Assembly: GCF_001194135.2 (NCBI RefSeq)
Contig: NC_068983.1
Span: 12,405,282 to 12,439,325 of the forward strand
Reading direction: 5' to 3'
DNA: 34,044 nt
Origin: Octopus bimaculoides
Taxonomy: Eukaryota
Shown here: positions 1-11,040 of the stretch, one piece after another
Position numbering within the stretch: the stretch's first letter is position 1
How the letters are laid out: the number at the start of each line of letters is the position of its first letter
Made by a program: the position numbers and the translations under genes
The notes under the pieces: model-generated
What the model was told of the DNA's origin: nothing
Databases searched by the model: none
The model's input: the letters and a program-made list of their open reading frames with translations, nothing else

Positions 1-44
<44 letters not shown>

Positions 45-120
45 TTATATGTGTATGTGTATTGAGTGCGTGTGTGTGTATGTGTGTGCGCGCTCCCGAG
101 GGTGTGTATGTATGTACGAT
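1..120. repeat. (TA)n microsatellite followed by degenerate (TG)n
   Basis: Pure TA run at 1-41, then TG/TATG-rich sequence. Confidence 0.95.
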
Positions 121-284
121 TGTATATTTGTATTTATGAATAAGTTTTGTCAAGCATATATTTTGGTTCTATTATCAACATAGTCATACATACATATGCA
201 TGAAGAAGTTTCATTACAATACGACTAAATTTCTTTAGTTCATTCGTTCGTGTACGAAACTACGGCTGCAGATGTACTGGTGCA

Positions 285-409
285 TCACTTTCTCTCTGGC
301 TTTTCATTTGCTGGCGCCGTTCTTGTCTGTACGCTTGGCTGTGTCCAGCTGTGCCACCTTACATAGTCGTGATAATCGCTTCTTATAACATTTTCACAAG
401 TCATCCAAC
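285..409 (-). CDS. Possible terminal exon of unknown gene (either xWMTCENVIRSDYHDYVRWHSWTQPSVQTRTAPANEKPERK* or, in another phase, xLDDL* plus 3' UTR)
   Basis: Minus-strand acceptor ttctatttacag|G at 410-421; locally GC-richer, non-repetitive island; no protein family recognised. Confidence 0.25.
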
Positions 410-760
410 CTGTAAATAGAAGTAACTTTAGTGGCTCGTTAAGGCTGACCTTGCATCTATCTTATGGGTTCTAAATATATACGTCCGGTCTTAGAGCTGA
501 GTTTGCATTCAATGCCAATATAAATTGATTGCGCTTTTGCTTATTTCTTATTTTATGTTGTGTTGTTATATTAGATGGTTTTATATAGTGGTTAGTTATA
601 ATGGTCTTGCTAGCGGCAGTTTTAGTAAGGAAAATCGCAAGGATATTGTATTTCTGATGGGGGGAATATCAAGGCAGCGTTTGGATTTCGCTGCAGAGCA
701 AAATATAGCAAAGAATGTCATTTCGAAGAGTGTTTGGTTTTTTTTGGAGGTTTTTTAGTG

Positions 761-866
761 ATATATATATATATATATATATANNNNNNNNNNTGTGTTT
801 ACGTCCCCGTAACTTAACGGTTCGGCAAAAGAGACCGATAGAATAAGTACTAGGCTTGCAAAGAAT
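761..866 (+). mobile_element. (TA)n, 10-N gap (784-793), then 3'-half fragment of the abundant octopus-type SINE
   Basis: gtttacgtccccgtaacttaacggttcggcaaaagagaccgatagaataagtactaggc matches the copies at 1978-2397 (-), 10128-10575 (+) and 31052-31190 (-). Confidence 0.85.
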
Positions 867-1977
867 CGTTAAGAGCGTCTTTAAGCGTGCTGGCTTAGTA
901 GCGTTCTGGTCGTGTAATAGAAAAGAATTTTCGTATTTTGTTCATTGTCAATTTGCTTGAAATACTCTCAGTCTAAAGTCAAAATCTTGGTTAACTTCTA
1001 ACTATTGCATTGATATTTATTGAATAAAAGATATCACTATGTTATATGGTAGTAAGGAACTATACATTTCTACAATATCACAAGGCAGCTATCATTCTAC
1101 GCGAAAATAGATCGGTTTGAATAATTTCCAATTCCACTATTCTATGCTCGCTACATCAACATTGAGCTTGTTATTTATGAATTTAGAGGTGACGTCATTG
1201 GAAAATACATGAATTACGAAACTCTTTTCTACTTTCTTTCCAGTAGGACACCTCATGACTAATTTATGATATTTATATATTCTTTATCTAGAACCAATCT
1301 AATGTATTGTAAAATGGCTTGGTCGAGTATCGAAATACATAATATCGAGATGTCAACTACAAACATTTGAATTCTGGTTAATAAATAGCTAATGATACTA
1401 AACCTTCTATGAACCACATAAGCATATATTGTAGTATCAATTGACCGAGATTTCTTTATTTATAATCGATTACAGTAAATTATCATCCCTGATACGAGTA
1501 ATGCTCATCGGGATAAACCGTATAAAAGAAGTCTTTGACTTCATTCTGAATATAAATTGGTGTATTGTATTATTAATTTTGCGAGCGACTCAATCTTATG
1601 TCTGCTTCAGAAATATTGACGCCAGATAAAAATCCACAGCTGCTAATTCGATATAATATACAGTCGATCATATTTTTCTCTATAACTTAATGTCTCCTCA
1701 TATATATTAGCCCAGAACAAAATGATAGGTGATTATCAATAACCTGGTAGTGCTGTAACATTAAAATTATCAATAACAAAACAAGGTAGAGTTGCCTGAA
1801 TTTGTTTTAGTCATCTGCGTTAAGTAAAGAAATATTCGAGTTGTATTAATTCAACTGAATCCCGGTTTTATATGCACCTGTCTTGCACGTGGTGAAATAA
1901 ATGGTGTACCGCTAAAGAAATCAAATTGACTATTCAACAAATTTCTTTGCATGAATCAATCATATTTATGTTAATTA

Positions 1978-2397
1978 TTTTATTTGTTTCTGTAATTTTA
2001 CTGCGGCCATGCTAGGGCACCATCTTAAAGGGGCGGGTTTAGCCGAAGAAATCGAGCCCAGGATTTAATTCTTAAAGCCTTGTACTTATTATATCGGTCT
2101 CTTATGCAGAACCGCTATGTTACTGGCACGTAAACACACAAACACCAGTTGTCAAGCGACGGTGGGGGGATAAACACAGACACAAAGACACACACTCACA
2201 AACGCACACACACTCACAAACGCACACACACACACACACACATGCGACAGGCACCATTCAGTTCCCGTTTACAAAATCCACTCATAAGGCTTTGATCGGC
2301 CTGAAGCTACAGTTGTAAACACTCGCCCAAGGTGCCACGCAGTGGGACTGAGCCCGAAGCATGTGATTAGGAAGCAAGCTTCCTACCACAAAGCCAT
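1978..2397 (-). mobile_element. Near full-length tRNA-derived octopus-type SINE with internal (CA)n tract
   Basis: Reverse complement reads head (gtggtaggaagcttgcttcc...gggctcagtcccactgcgtggcaccttgggc), internal microsatellite, then tail (...tagcatggccgcagt); colinear with 10128-10575. Confidence 0.9.
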
Positions 2398-3984
2398 ATC
2401 CGTGATATATGTTTTTATTATCTAGGCAGAAAGAATGGAAGCTCACGTCCTCTTGTAAGGTTAAGCTAGGCAGAGGATTGTCCCAGCCACACCAAAATGA
2501 AAATCACCATAAAATAATACTATTTACTGCTAATGCACGGCTTAGGTATTTGTAATTTAGCTTATAAATGCCCAAGTTTTTCTATATAGTCTGCTATGTA
2601 TTTCCACGGGAGATTGCAAAAATATAGAAGTTTAGAACGTTTGCCGATAGCTACAAATTAAATTGTCAGGAGGATCAGCTCTCGATTAGAGTAATGAAGT
2701 ATTTATGCTGTGCACTTGCGTATTTCTAAACCATTCATCAATTTTCGAAAGCCTTTTCAATTACATCATACTTCTATTAGTATTTTTAGATCGATGTCGG
2801 AATAAATAGTATACAACAATAGAATTAACGAACTAAAATATATGTTCTGAAGACGATAATGCATTTTCTTTTCTATCAACTCTTCCTACAGGCAAAAAGG
2901 TGACGGAAGATTTGATGCTTCGTACAAAACGAAAGAATGTAGAGAAAAAAACCTTAACGTCATCAACAACGATAACAAAAATAACAAGAGAAATAAGAAT
3001 AATAAAAAAGAAAAATTACATACGAAAAACATTAAATAAGTAAATAAAATCTACAGCTGCTCAAATCGAAAACAGTAACTTGTTTCAGAGAAGATATTAT
3101 TGCCAACAGATACTTTTAGTTCACTCTATTACCAATAAAAATATCGGTTTTCATTTGCAGGAAGTACGTACACAACCTAGCAAACTACTCCAATACATTT
3201 TCCTTTTCCTTTTTCTTTCTTTTTTTTTTCGGATTTTTGCCAGACTTAGAACATGATTGTTCCATGTGATCCCTCTGTACATGCTACTATAATATCCGGT
3301 CGCTCAGTATAGAGTAACAAGAAAGTCGATATGGTTGTTTCTCCACGTTGAAATTACTGTCAGGTGAGATCTTTTTTTAAAAATATCTCTCCGGTAGTCA
3401 GACATTGAGGATGGCCACGATTGTAAATCATACAAGGAATATAAAACGTGCTGGTAATGGTGGTCGTCGGAAAATATATAGTATATAGAAATAAAAACTT
3501 AGTTCGCAAGTTGAGTTAGTTGCAATGTATTATATATACAAACCAGAATAATAAATTTCCTTCAAATTTTTATTGGCATGTCTGTTGATACTTTCACCTT
3601 TCAACCGTTTCTATTTCAGAAAGTAATGTTACATGTGTGTGCCGATGTTTATAATTATATAACTTTTTCTAGCATAAAATCGATAACGTTAATGTTCATG
3701 TATGACTGTTTTATCATGGAAATTGTATTCTATGAAATCAAACACAAATCTTATCTGATTTGCATGGCGCCAAACTGGCAAACGAAAGACGCGTATCATT
3801 TCGAAGTACAAATGGGTTAATAGAAGGAGGATTAACGTATCTAGATTCTATTCCCCTCAATGGTGTGAGGTTTATCGAGAAGTAATCATGCGAAAGTAAT
3901 CAGGGTGCGTGGGTGGATTTAATACTGATCTCTGGAGATTAGTTATTCAGGTTAGAGAGTGAGGCTATAAAATTAGGAATACAA

Positions 3985-4127
3985 ACAAACACACAAATTC
4001 ATAAGCACACAACACACAGACACTTAGACACAAACACAACAAATACACATATATTTACAACAAACACATACATACACACACGCGTACACACACATATATA
4101 TATGGATAGACATATATATATATATAA

Positions 4128-4222
<95 letters not shown>

Positions 4223-4302
4223 CATACATACACACATACATACATATATATATATGTTTGTATATACATATATACATATATATGTGCATATATGTTTGTG
4301 TG

Positions 4303-4359
<57 letters not shown>

Positions 4360-4400
4360 TCGTACGCGTGTATTTTTGTATACATATACAAACGCACATA
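3985..4400. repeat. Compound (CA)n/(TA)n/(TG)n microsatellite
   Basis: Long pure TA run (~4135-4217) and TG run (~4323-4355); source of the artefactual IYIY/HTHT ORFs. Confidence 0.97.
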
Positions 4401-4921
4401 CTCAGATGAATTCAAATGTTCTCTGTGGCTGTTATATGTGAGAAGGAGAGAAATGTGAATAAAATTATGGACGTGGTTTTTTGAATTTGTTAGGATTTTA
4501 GGATTTGATGTTCTGCAAAAGGTGAAATGTACGATATCCACATCGTCATTCCTATTTTAATTAGATTTCTTCTGCATTTGAAGTAATGTGTATATATCCT
4601 AGGCGATGACTTAATGACCTGCAGCCCAAAGCCATTGGCAAATACCTGTGTTGTGATTGGTTAAATTAATTTGCCATATGTCTTTTCTTCATAGCCTGAT
4701 AAAATGTCAGGCACGAATCACGTTAGATACATGGATAAGAAAATTATATTTACATAGTCACACGTTTTCTAGATATAGTAGCTAATTTTCCTGTAAATCG
4801 CTCCGTGTAGTCTGAACTATTGGATAATAGTGTTCACCCCAGTGTAGGTGAATAGTTACTCTACTCACTGCGCTATCTCAAAATATTGGCTTCGATCCTT
4901 TTACATCTCATCTAAGTATCT

Positions 4922-4927
4922 TTTATT
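4922..4927 (-). other. Candidate polyadenylation signal AATAAA for the minus-strand gene
   Basis: tttatt on the plus strand, ~155 nt downstream of the TAG of exon 5081-5177. Confidence 0.35.
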
Positions 4928-5080
4928 GTATCTCCATATTGATCCTTTCATTTTAAATGGAACTTAGAGGACAAAAGCTATGTGAAATGTAAGATGGTTT
5001 GTATTTGTAAGCAGATAGCTTTGTCATATATATGACGTCACACTGATTCTGTCCGGTTATTACGGTAAGATTATACATGT

Positions 5081-5177
5081 CTATGGAATAGTAAGTAGCT
5101 TATCTAATAATTCACTGATCATGGAGTTCAGTTCATCAACACTTGAATACTCATCGTCGAAATTAACTGAGATCCAT
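5081..5177 (-). CDS. Candidate terminal coding exon, (E)WISVNFDDEYSSVDELNSMISELLDKLLTIP*
   Basis: Strong acceptor cttttttatttcttgcattcgtag|A; 1-nt overhang completes the GA left by exon 9615-9706 (GAA=Glu); amphipathic helical composition; AATAAA downstream. Confidence 0.55.
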
Positions 5178-5309
5178 CTACGAATGCAAGAAATAAAAAA
5201 GATGCTGAACGGTATAATGACTATGGAACGAATTTCAACAAACTTTTGCTCCGTCTGGCTTAGCCAAGGGTTAAGCAACATCAGAGTAACAATAATGACA
5301 ACCATAACT

Positions 5310-5351
5310 GCAACAGCAACAGCAGCGGCAGCAACAGCAGCAACAGCAACA
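5310..5351. repeat. Imperfect (GCA/ACA)n trinucleotide repeat
   Basis: gcaacagcaacagcagcggcagcaacagcagcaacagcaaca. Confidence 0.85.
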
Positions 5352-5622
5352 TTTCACGGAAACTACAGAAGCGTGAGTGTAGAGTAACAAAAATTACATG
5401 TTACACGTTCTTGATTTCATATTGTTCCATTAACCTTACTATTTCAAAACATTTAAAGCCCCAATAAAATATATTAAATTAATGTAGTATGAAATGAGGC
5501 AAAAAAAAAGGGGGCCACTTCATGATTGCTCGCTGTGCTACAATACGCAGCCGAAATTTATCAAAACATATCTTCAAATCATAAAAGAAGGTAGATATTA
5601 GATATTATTGGTATGGGTATGT

Positions 5623-6004
5623 GGAGGCGCAATGGCCCAGTGGTTAGGGCAGCGGACTCGCGGTCATAGGATCGCGGTTTCGATTCCCAGACCGGGCGTT
5701 GTGAGTGTTAATTGAGCGAAAACACATAAAGCTCCACGAGGCTCCGGCAGGGGATGGTGGCGAACCCTGCTGTACTCTTCCACCACAACTTTCTCTCATT
5801 CTTACTTCCTGTTTCTTTTGTGCCTGTAATTCAAAGGGTCGGCCTTATCACACTGTGTCACGCTGAATATCCCCGAGAATTACGTTAAGGGTACACGTGT
5901 CTGTGGGGTGCTCATTCACTGACACATTAATTTCACGAGCAGGTTGTTCCGTTGATCGGATCAACTGGAACCCTCGACGTCGTAAGCGACGGATTGCCGA
6001 CATA
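5623..6004 (+). mobile_element. Full-length tRNA-derived SINE with candidate 7-bp target-site duplication
   Basis: Box A tggcccagtggtt (5633-5645), box B ggtttcgattccc (5676-5688); ggtatgt at 5616-5622 and 6005-6011; 3' domain (gttgatcggatcaactggaaccc) shared with 21578-21866. Confidence 0.9.
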
Positions 6005-6050
6005 GGTATGTGTATACTAAGTCTAAGTTTGAATATTGACATCTGAAATA

Positions 6051-6272
6051 TTGGGTTGTACGGAAAGTTCGTGCCGATTTATAGTAACTTACCGTTCGAC
6101 GTATTTGCCATGAAGCCACCTCAATTCTGGGAAGAGAGTATTTTCAAGTTAAAGGAAAGATGGTGACGCATTGTGCAAAAAAAAAAAACGGTTCATATTT
6201 GGTTGATTAAAAAGTATTTATTGACCTTTTTGTTTCCTTTAAAAATCGGCACGAACTTTCTGGACAACCCAA
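6051..6272. mobile_element. Mariner-type MITE, 222 bp, 30-bp TIRs, TA target duplication
   Basis: Left TIR ttgggttgtacggaaagttcgtgccgattt (6051-6080) vs right aaatcggcacgaactttctggacaacccaa (6243-6272), 2 mismatches; TA on both flanks. Confidence 0.92.
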
Positions 6273-6465
6273 TATATTTTAGTATAGATCCACACTGTCA
6301 GGGCTAACTTATACACCACCAGCAACAACAATAACGATTAAGTGTGAGGATATTCACAATATGGATCCATAAAATTAAGGAAACTGAAATAAGACGTTGT
6401 ATATTCAAAGTCGGAAACTGTTATGTCTCAACCCTACTGCTATCTAACACCTTCGGATGATCTCT

Positions 6466-6505
6466 ACTCAACTGCTACACAACTGCTACACAACTGCTAC
6501 TCAAC
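6466..6505 (+). repeat. Short tandem repeat, 11-bp unit acWcaactgct x ~3.6
   Basis: actcaactgct acacaactgct acacaactgct actcaac. Confidence 0.85.
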
Positions 6506-6599
6506 ACACCTACCACGGCCAGACTACATCTATTTATATGTCTTGGTTGGGAGATCCTACTTCTTCGCTCGGGGCGTCGACAAAAGAGACACATGCTAT

Positions 6600-6935
6600 C
6601 GACCGGTTTAAACGAACATTTGTCTTCTCTTCCAAAACCTTCTTAGTTCAGTTATCCCATTCTTATCCTTCAACTCTCCCCTCACCTTAACTTTTCTATA
6701 TACCTGACCCTCACTCGCTTCTCTTTCTAATTTCATTTCTATTTTCATCTCCCTCTCTCACCCAGTTTCTGTCTCCTACTATTTCCAGTCAATGTATAAC
6801 GCCCATGTCATCTTTCGATCGTCATCAGTTGCAGTTTCTTAAGCTTAGATGTAAAAATCCGATGTTTTTCTTTATTTCTTGTCAAATTATCCTCTGAGGA
6901 AGTATTCTCTCTGAAACGGATCACAGCAATAAATT
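6600..6935 (+). mobile_element. Possible decayed Penelope-like element terminus
   Basis: Pyrimidine-rich tract ending in CTGAGGA...GAAAC...TC...AATAAA, an arrangement typical of Penelope-like terminal repeats; no RT or GIY-YIG coding sequence recognised. Confidence 0.3.
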
Positions 6936-8331
6936 TAAGTGTACAATTTCTGCCCCATATTTCAGGCAATAATATGAACTTAATATCTAAAACACATTTG
7001 AATCAACATTGGGTTTTACTATCTAGAGCTTGTTCCAACGAGAAAGTATCTATGCGTTTGCTCGCTTGAAATCACAGCAAAGATTTCATCAATCATAACC
7101 AATCACATGTTTTGAAAAATGGTGATCAAATAATGTTAATTTACGTGCACTATCCTTCAGAAAGCGGAATATCAAATTTTGTCTTTGAAATATTTTCTTT
7201 GAAATACTCGATCAGGGCAACTTTGTGACTAAAAGATTTCAACATTTGAGATGAATCGTTTTAAATAAAAGTTTTAATTAAAGATTGTAAGAAAGATCTT
7301 TAAAGCTTGAATTATGTTGTTCAAAATGTACTCGATGGCAATCTGGGTCCCCACTCTTCATTCTTTTTGTTCAATCATCAGTCTTTGATCTTCTGAAATT
7401 ATTATTACGAACACTATTAATGACAGCAAGCACCAATCATATTTATTCTTTTCTTTCTAGCAATCTGTAAATTCCCCTTTCTTATATGATCGCACCGACC
7501 TAGGTTAATCCTGCCACCTAAGATTTTGTTAGTTTTAAAACGTTGACATACAATTGTTCAAATTGCACAAAAATCGAATTAAACAAAGTTGTTTTTGTTG
7601 TAATATTTTATTGTAAACAAAAAGCCTAGACAAATTATTATAACTAACTTTCTGTTCAGATAAAATAATAAATAAAGGTGCACGAGCTATTGCTGAACCT
7701 GGTATATAAACGAAAGGGTTAATATCCTGTCGAGCATAGAACTCCGATAATAAAAGGAAAAGACAACCCGCAGGAAATCCACGTATCAGTTGCTATTCCC
7801 GCTCTACACATAATTGAATATTGCAGTTCAATAAGTCTAACTACTGAATACTTCACTGTAACTACTGCGATTCTATGTGTGTTTACGTCTTTGAAAATAA
7901 ATTTTACTGGATGCAGACAGTTTTCTATCTACTAAACGCTGTTCGATATGCAGAATCATTTTCAGTTCCTACGCAAATATCGGTTACCATGGTATTTCAG
8001 AAAAACCAGTAACTTGCTTTTATTTTGTATTCGCTTCAAATGGTAATGGAGTGTGAGAATAATTAAAGCGTCCGACAAAATGGCTGGCGCTTTTTGTTTC
8101 AGTTGCTTAAGTTCGAATCACACAAAGATGAACTTCGTGTTTCATCTTTATGAGTTCTAAATAAAGTGGAAGTCAGATAATGGGATCGATATAATTTAGT
8201 GTGTTCTGCCCCACAGATCGCAGCGCACGTGCCTGTTCTTGAAATTGTATATTCAATTTGGGCAGCGAATTTGTATGCAGAATGGTTGGCGAATCGTTTG
8301 AAATGCTTTATGCTATTCATTCTGGCGTTTT

Positions 8332-8400
8332 GAATTCTGAGTTGAAATCCCGCCGAGTTTATCCTTGCCTTTCATCCCTCCGGGTTCGATAAATAAAGAA
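8332..8400 (+). mobile_element. SINE-like fragment (ttcaaattccgccgag...cctttcatcc family)
   Basis: Aligns by eye to the reverse complements of 12985-13128 and 33657-33841. Confidence 0.7.
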
Positions 8401-9614
8401 CAAATCTGAGGCTGGCAAATTGTAAAAGATTCGGGCAGGATGCTTCATATTTTTATCCCGCCTCTTCGTGTTTTTAAAATTCAGAATCACGATGGCCTTA
8501 CTTACGTAAATGGCATAATTAATCTTTGAATTGGTGTAGCACCGCCACTTGATCCTTGGATGTCTTTAGCAAAATCCACGTTTTCAACTTGAGAATAAAT
8601 ACGTTTCCCCCCAGCTACCAACCATGGAGTCGCTATTGACGTCATAGGCAGTGAGAACCGTTACCTTGAATCCAAACTATTTACAGATGTAAAATTAAAA
8701 CCAAAGATAAATAAAGAGATGATGACAGAGAGCAATAGCTCTCCCTCATATACTGGACACTGGTAACCCACAACATTCCACTCTTCGTGGGTAGTACTCT
8801 TTCGGATTGATTAAGCGATGAAACCGTCTCCTATTCTTTTATTTTGGGAAGAAGCAACTCTTTTTACTAGGCCTTAAGAAGATGCTGCCTATATTATTCT
8901 GCCGTCTTCCTACTTATTTAAAAGTGCATCCCACACACACGTTATATAGATGTAATCTCTTTGATCTCGTATTTCAATTATACAAATTAAACTATCAACA
9001 AATTTTGGTAACTTAATTCCCTGTATGTACCAATCTATGTCAACTGATTTGCAGATTTTAGTAGACTATACAGCACAATTACGATCTTACAGACTTGAAA
9101 TACATTAGCATTTTTTGTCTGTTAAAAATATTTCCAATCCTCTAAGTATGTAAATTTACTTTGAGATTTTGGTTATTAATTTCATAAAATTATCTCCCTT
9201 TTTTTGTTTAAGAGTTTTAAAGTTTTTGTTTTCTGTTTGCAGTTAAAATGGAAATTCCAATCAATTAAGAATTGATTGCGTGCGACAATCAGTACATTCA
9301 GCCTTAACTTAATTATCCTAATCTCAGCCACAGCTAATAAGTTCACATACGTTCATGTACGCTCCAAAACTCCTACGTTCCTTCTTTAATTCTAAGCATT
9401 TCCTAGAAACTTTCAACGAATCAATACTTGTTACATTTGAAAAAGAATGTCTACAATGTTTAAAAGACATTTTGATTTTAATGCATTTAGTATATACTGA
9501 TAATTTTAGTAATTAGTATTTTTTAAATGATTTACTAAACATTCTGCTTCAAACCGATTGTCACATGACGCTATCGGTTAGCCGAATTACCAATGTGTTT
9601 ACACGTTTACTCAC

Positions 9615-9706
9615 TCGTTTACTATCTGCTCCAAACGGGACGCCAGCTCCTCACAGAGTTTGTTGCTCTCGGTGGAACGGGTACTCATTTTCATTTGAGC
9701 GTATGC
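9615..9706 (-). CDS. Candidate internal coding exon, AYAQMKMSTRSTESNKLCEELASRLEQIVN(E)
   Basis: Acceptor tcatttcacgttgcag|G and donor GA|gtgagt; only one of three frames is open across the 92 nt; GC-richer than flanks; predicted helical. Confidence 0.65.
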
Positions 9707-10127
9707 CTGCAACGTGAAATGAATTGCATTGCTCATAGTTAAACGTACCAGACGTTCGAACCAATAATCGAACCAAAAAAAAAACAAATGATCTTCAGTC
9801 ATACTCTCTTAGCCATTACGTCACTCGACTTCATAATACTTTTACTAGAAAGAGACATATCGAGTCAGTGTTTTCACATGTGCGGAAATGAGATTTGTTC
9901 GTGAGGATTTGATACTCAAAAGCAACTTTTTGATCCTGGAAGTGTGGGTGGTATAAGGGAAAGTGAATTTGGATCTGTTTTATTTTTCAAATTATAATTA
10001 TAATTTAAAGATGGATACATGCATATGAAGGTTATTATAATTCATTTAGATAATTAATTAATTAACTTTAATAAAATATTGTACGTCAAGCGTATGAACA
10101 CTACAATCTTAAATGGACATTACTCTC

Positions 10128-10286
10128 GCAGGCAAGGCCGTGTGGTAATAAGTTTGCTTCCCAGCCACATGGTTCTGAGTTCAATCCCACTGTGTGATAC
10201 TATGGGCAAGCAACTTCTACTATAGCTTCGGGCTGATCATAGTCTTGTGAGTGGATTTGATAGACGGAAACTGAAAGAAGCCCGTC

Positions 10287-10320
<34 letters not shown>

Positions 10321-10575
10321 GTGTGTGTGTGTGTGCGTGTCTGTGTTGGTGTGTATTTTTGTGTCTGTCATCCACCACCGCTTGATACCGGTGTTGGTGT
10401 GTTTACGTTCTCATAACATAGCGTTCTGCAAAAGCGACCGATGGAATAAATACCTAGCTAAAAAACGAAAAACAAAAATAAAACATTAAGTAGTGAGGGT
10501 AATCCGTTCGACCAAGATTCTTCAAGGCGTTGCTGTAGCATGGCCGTAGACCAATGACAAAAAGAAGTAAAAGAC
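10128..10575 (+). mobile_element. Full-length octopus-type tRNA-derived SINE with internal (TA)n(TG)n
   Basis: Head gtgtggtaataagtttgcttcc...tgagttcaatcccactg; ggatttgatagacggaaactgaaagaagcccgtcg; internal microsatellite ~10288-10335; tail ...agcatggccgtag...aagtaaaag. Confidence 0.9.
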
Positions 10576-10894
10576 ACAAAGCTCGTTTCACATCATTCTT
10601 TCTCCAAATTCCTACATTGAAATGCTAACACACTACCAAATATATTCTACATTTACAATGTGATTGAATTACCAATCCGCATTACATCAGCAATTCGTGG
10701 AGTTATATTTTCCCCAAGCATATTCCATGTAGAATATTACCTTCCTTTGCCTTTTTTTTTTGCTTCACTTGGCCCTGCTCTGCTATGCTCTGGAAACTTT
10801 GATGAAGCCTTAAGGCTACCATCGTGACGTACACCGAGGCTTAGGCTTATTTTTAGATATTGTGGAGTTCATCGTTTTGAAGCTCTCATGACAG

Positions 10895-11040
10895 AAGAGA
10901 GGAAGTTTACCAAAGAGAAAGAAGGAGGAAGTAAGATAGAGAGAGAAAAGAGAGAGAGAGTGAGAGAGAGAGAGAGCGAGAAAGATGGAGAGAGCGAGAA
11001 AGAAGAGGGAGGGGGAGTGACAGAAGATAAAGAGATGAAT
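10895..11040. repeat. Degenerate (GA)n purine tract
   Basis: gagagagaaaagagagagagtgagagagag...; explains the ERERE ORF. Confidence 0.9.

Noticed and set aside
3999-4541. Overlapping 81-180 aa ORFs (IYIY, HTHT, VCVC)
   Set aside because: Translations of dinucleotide microsatellites; same for ORFs at 10247, 16662-17021, 18134-18878 and 33250.
5121-5387. Plus-strand 88-aa ORF with nearby C|gtgagt donor-like site
   Set aside because: Antisense to the better-supported minus-strand exon; its tail is the GCA repeat and no acceptor or family motif supports it.
5623-5700. tRNA gene
   Set aside because: A and B boxes are present but no complete cloverleaf, and the sequence continues into a SINE body; the same applies to 21800-21866.
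6466-6505. CRISPR-like or iteron-like repeat
   Set aside because: Head-to-tail 11-mer with no spacers in a eukaryotic context; ordinary minisatellite.
6808-6830. Second hammerhead-like motif on the minus strand (CTGATGA-cgatc-GAAA)
   Set aside because: Only 5 nt between the core motifs with no closing pair, and no compatible NUH or stem III.
5081-9706. Resemblance of the joined peptide to the RasGEF REM motif (R..(I/V)..W...F.D), the Cas-family FAT helix (SNxLCExL) or the Abl F-actin-binding helix
   Set aside because: Each match covers one helix, needs gaps or lacks the flanking motifs; generic helical-bundle similarity, so no gene symbol assigned.
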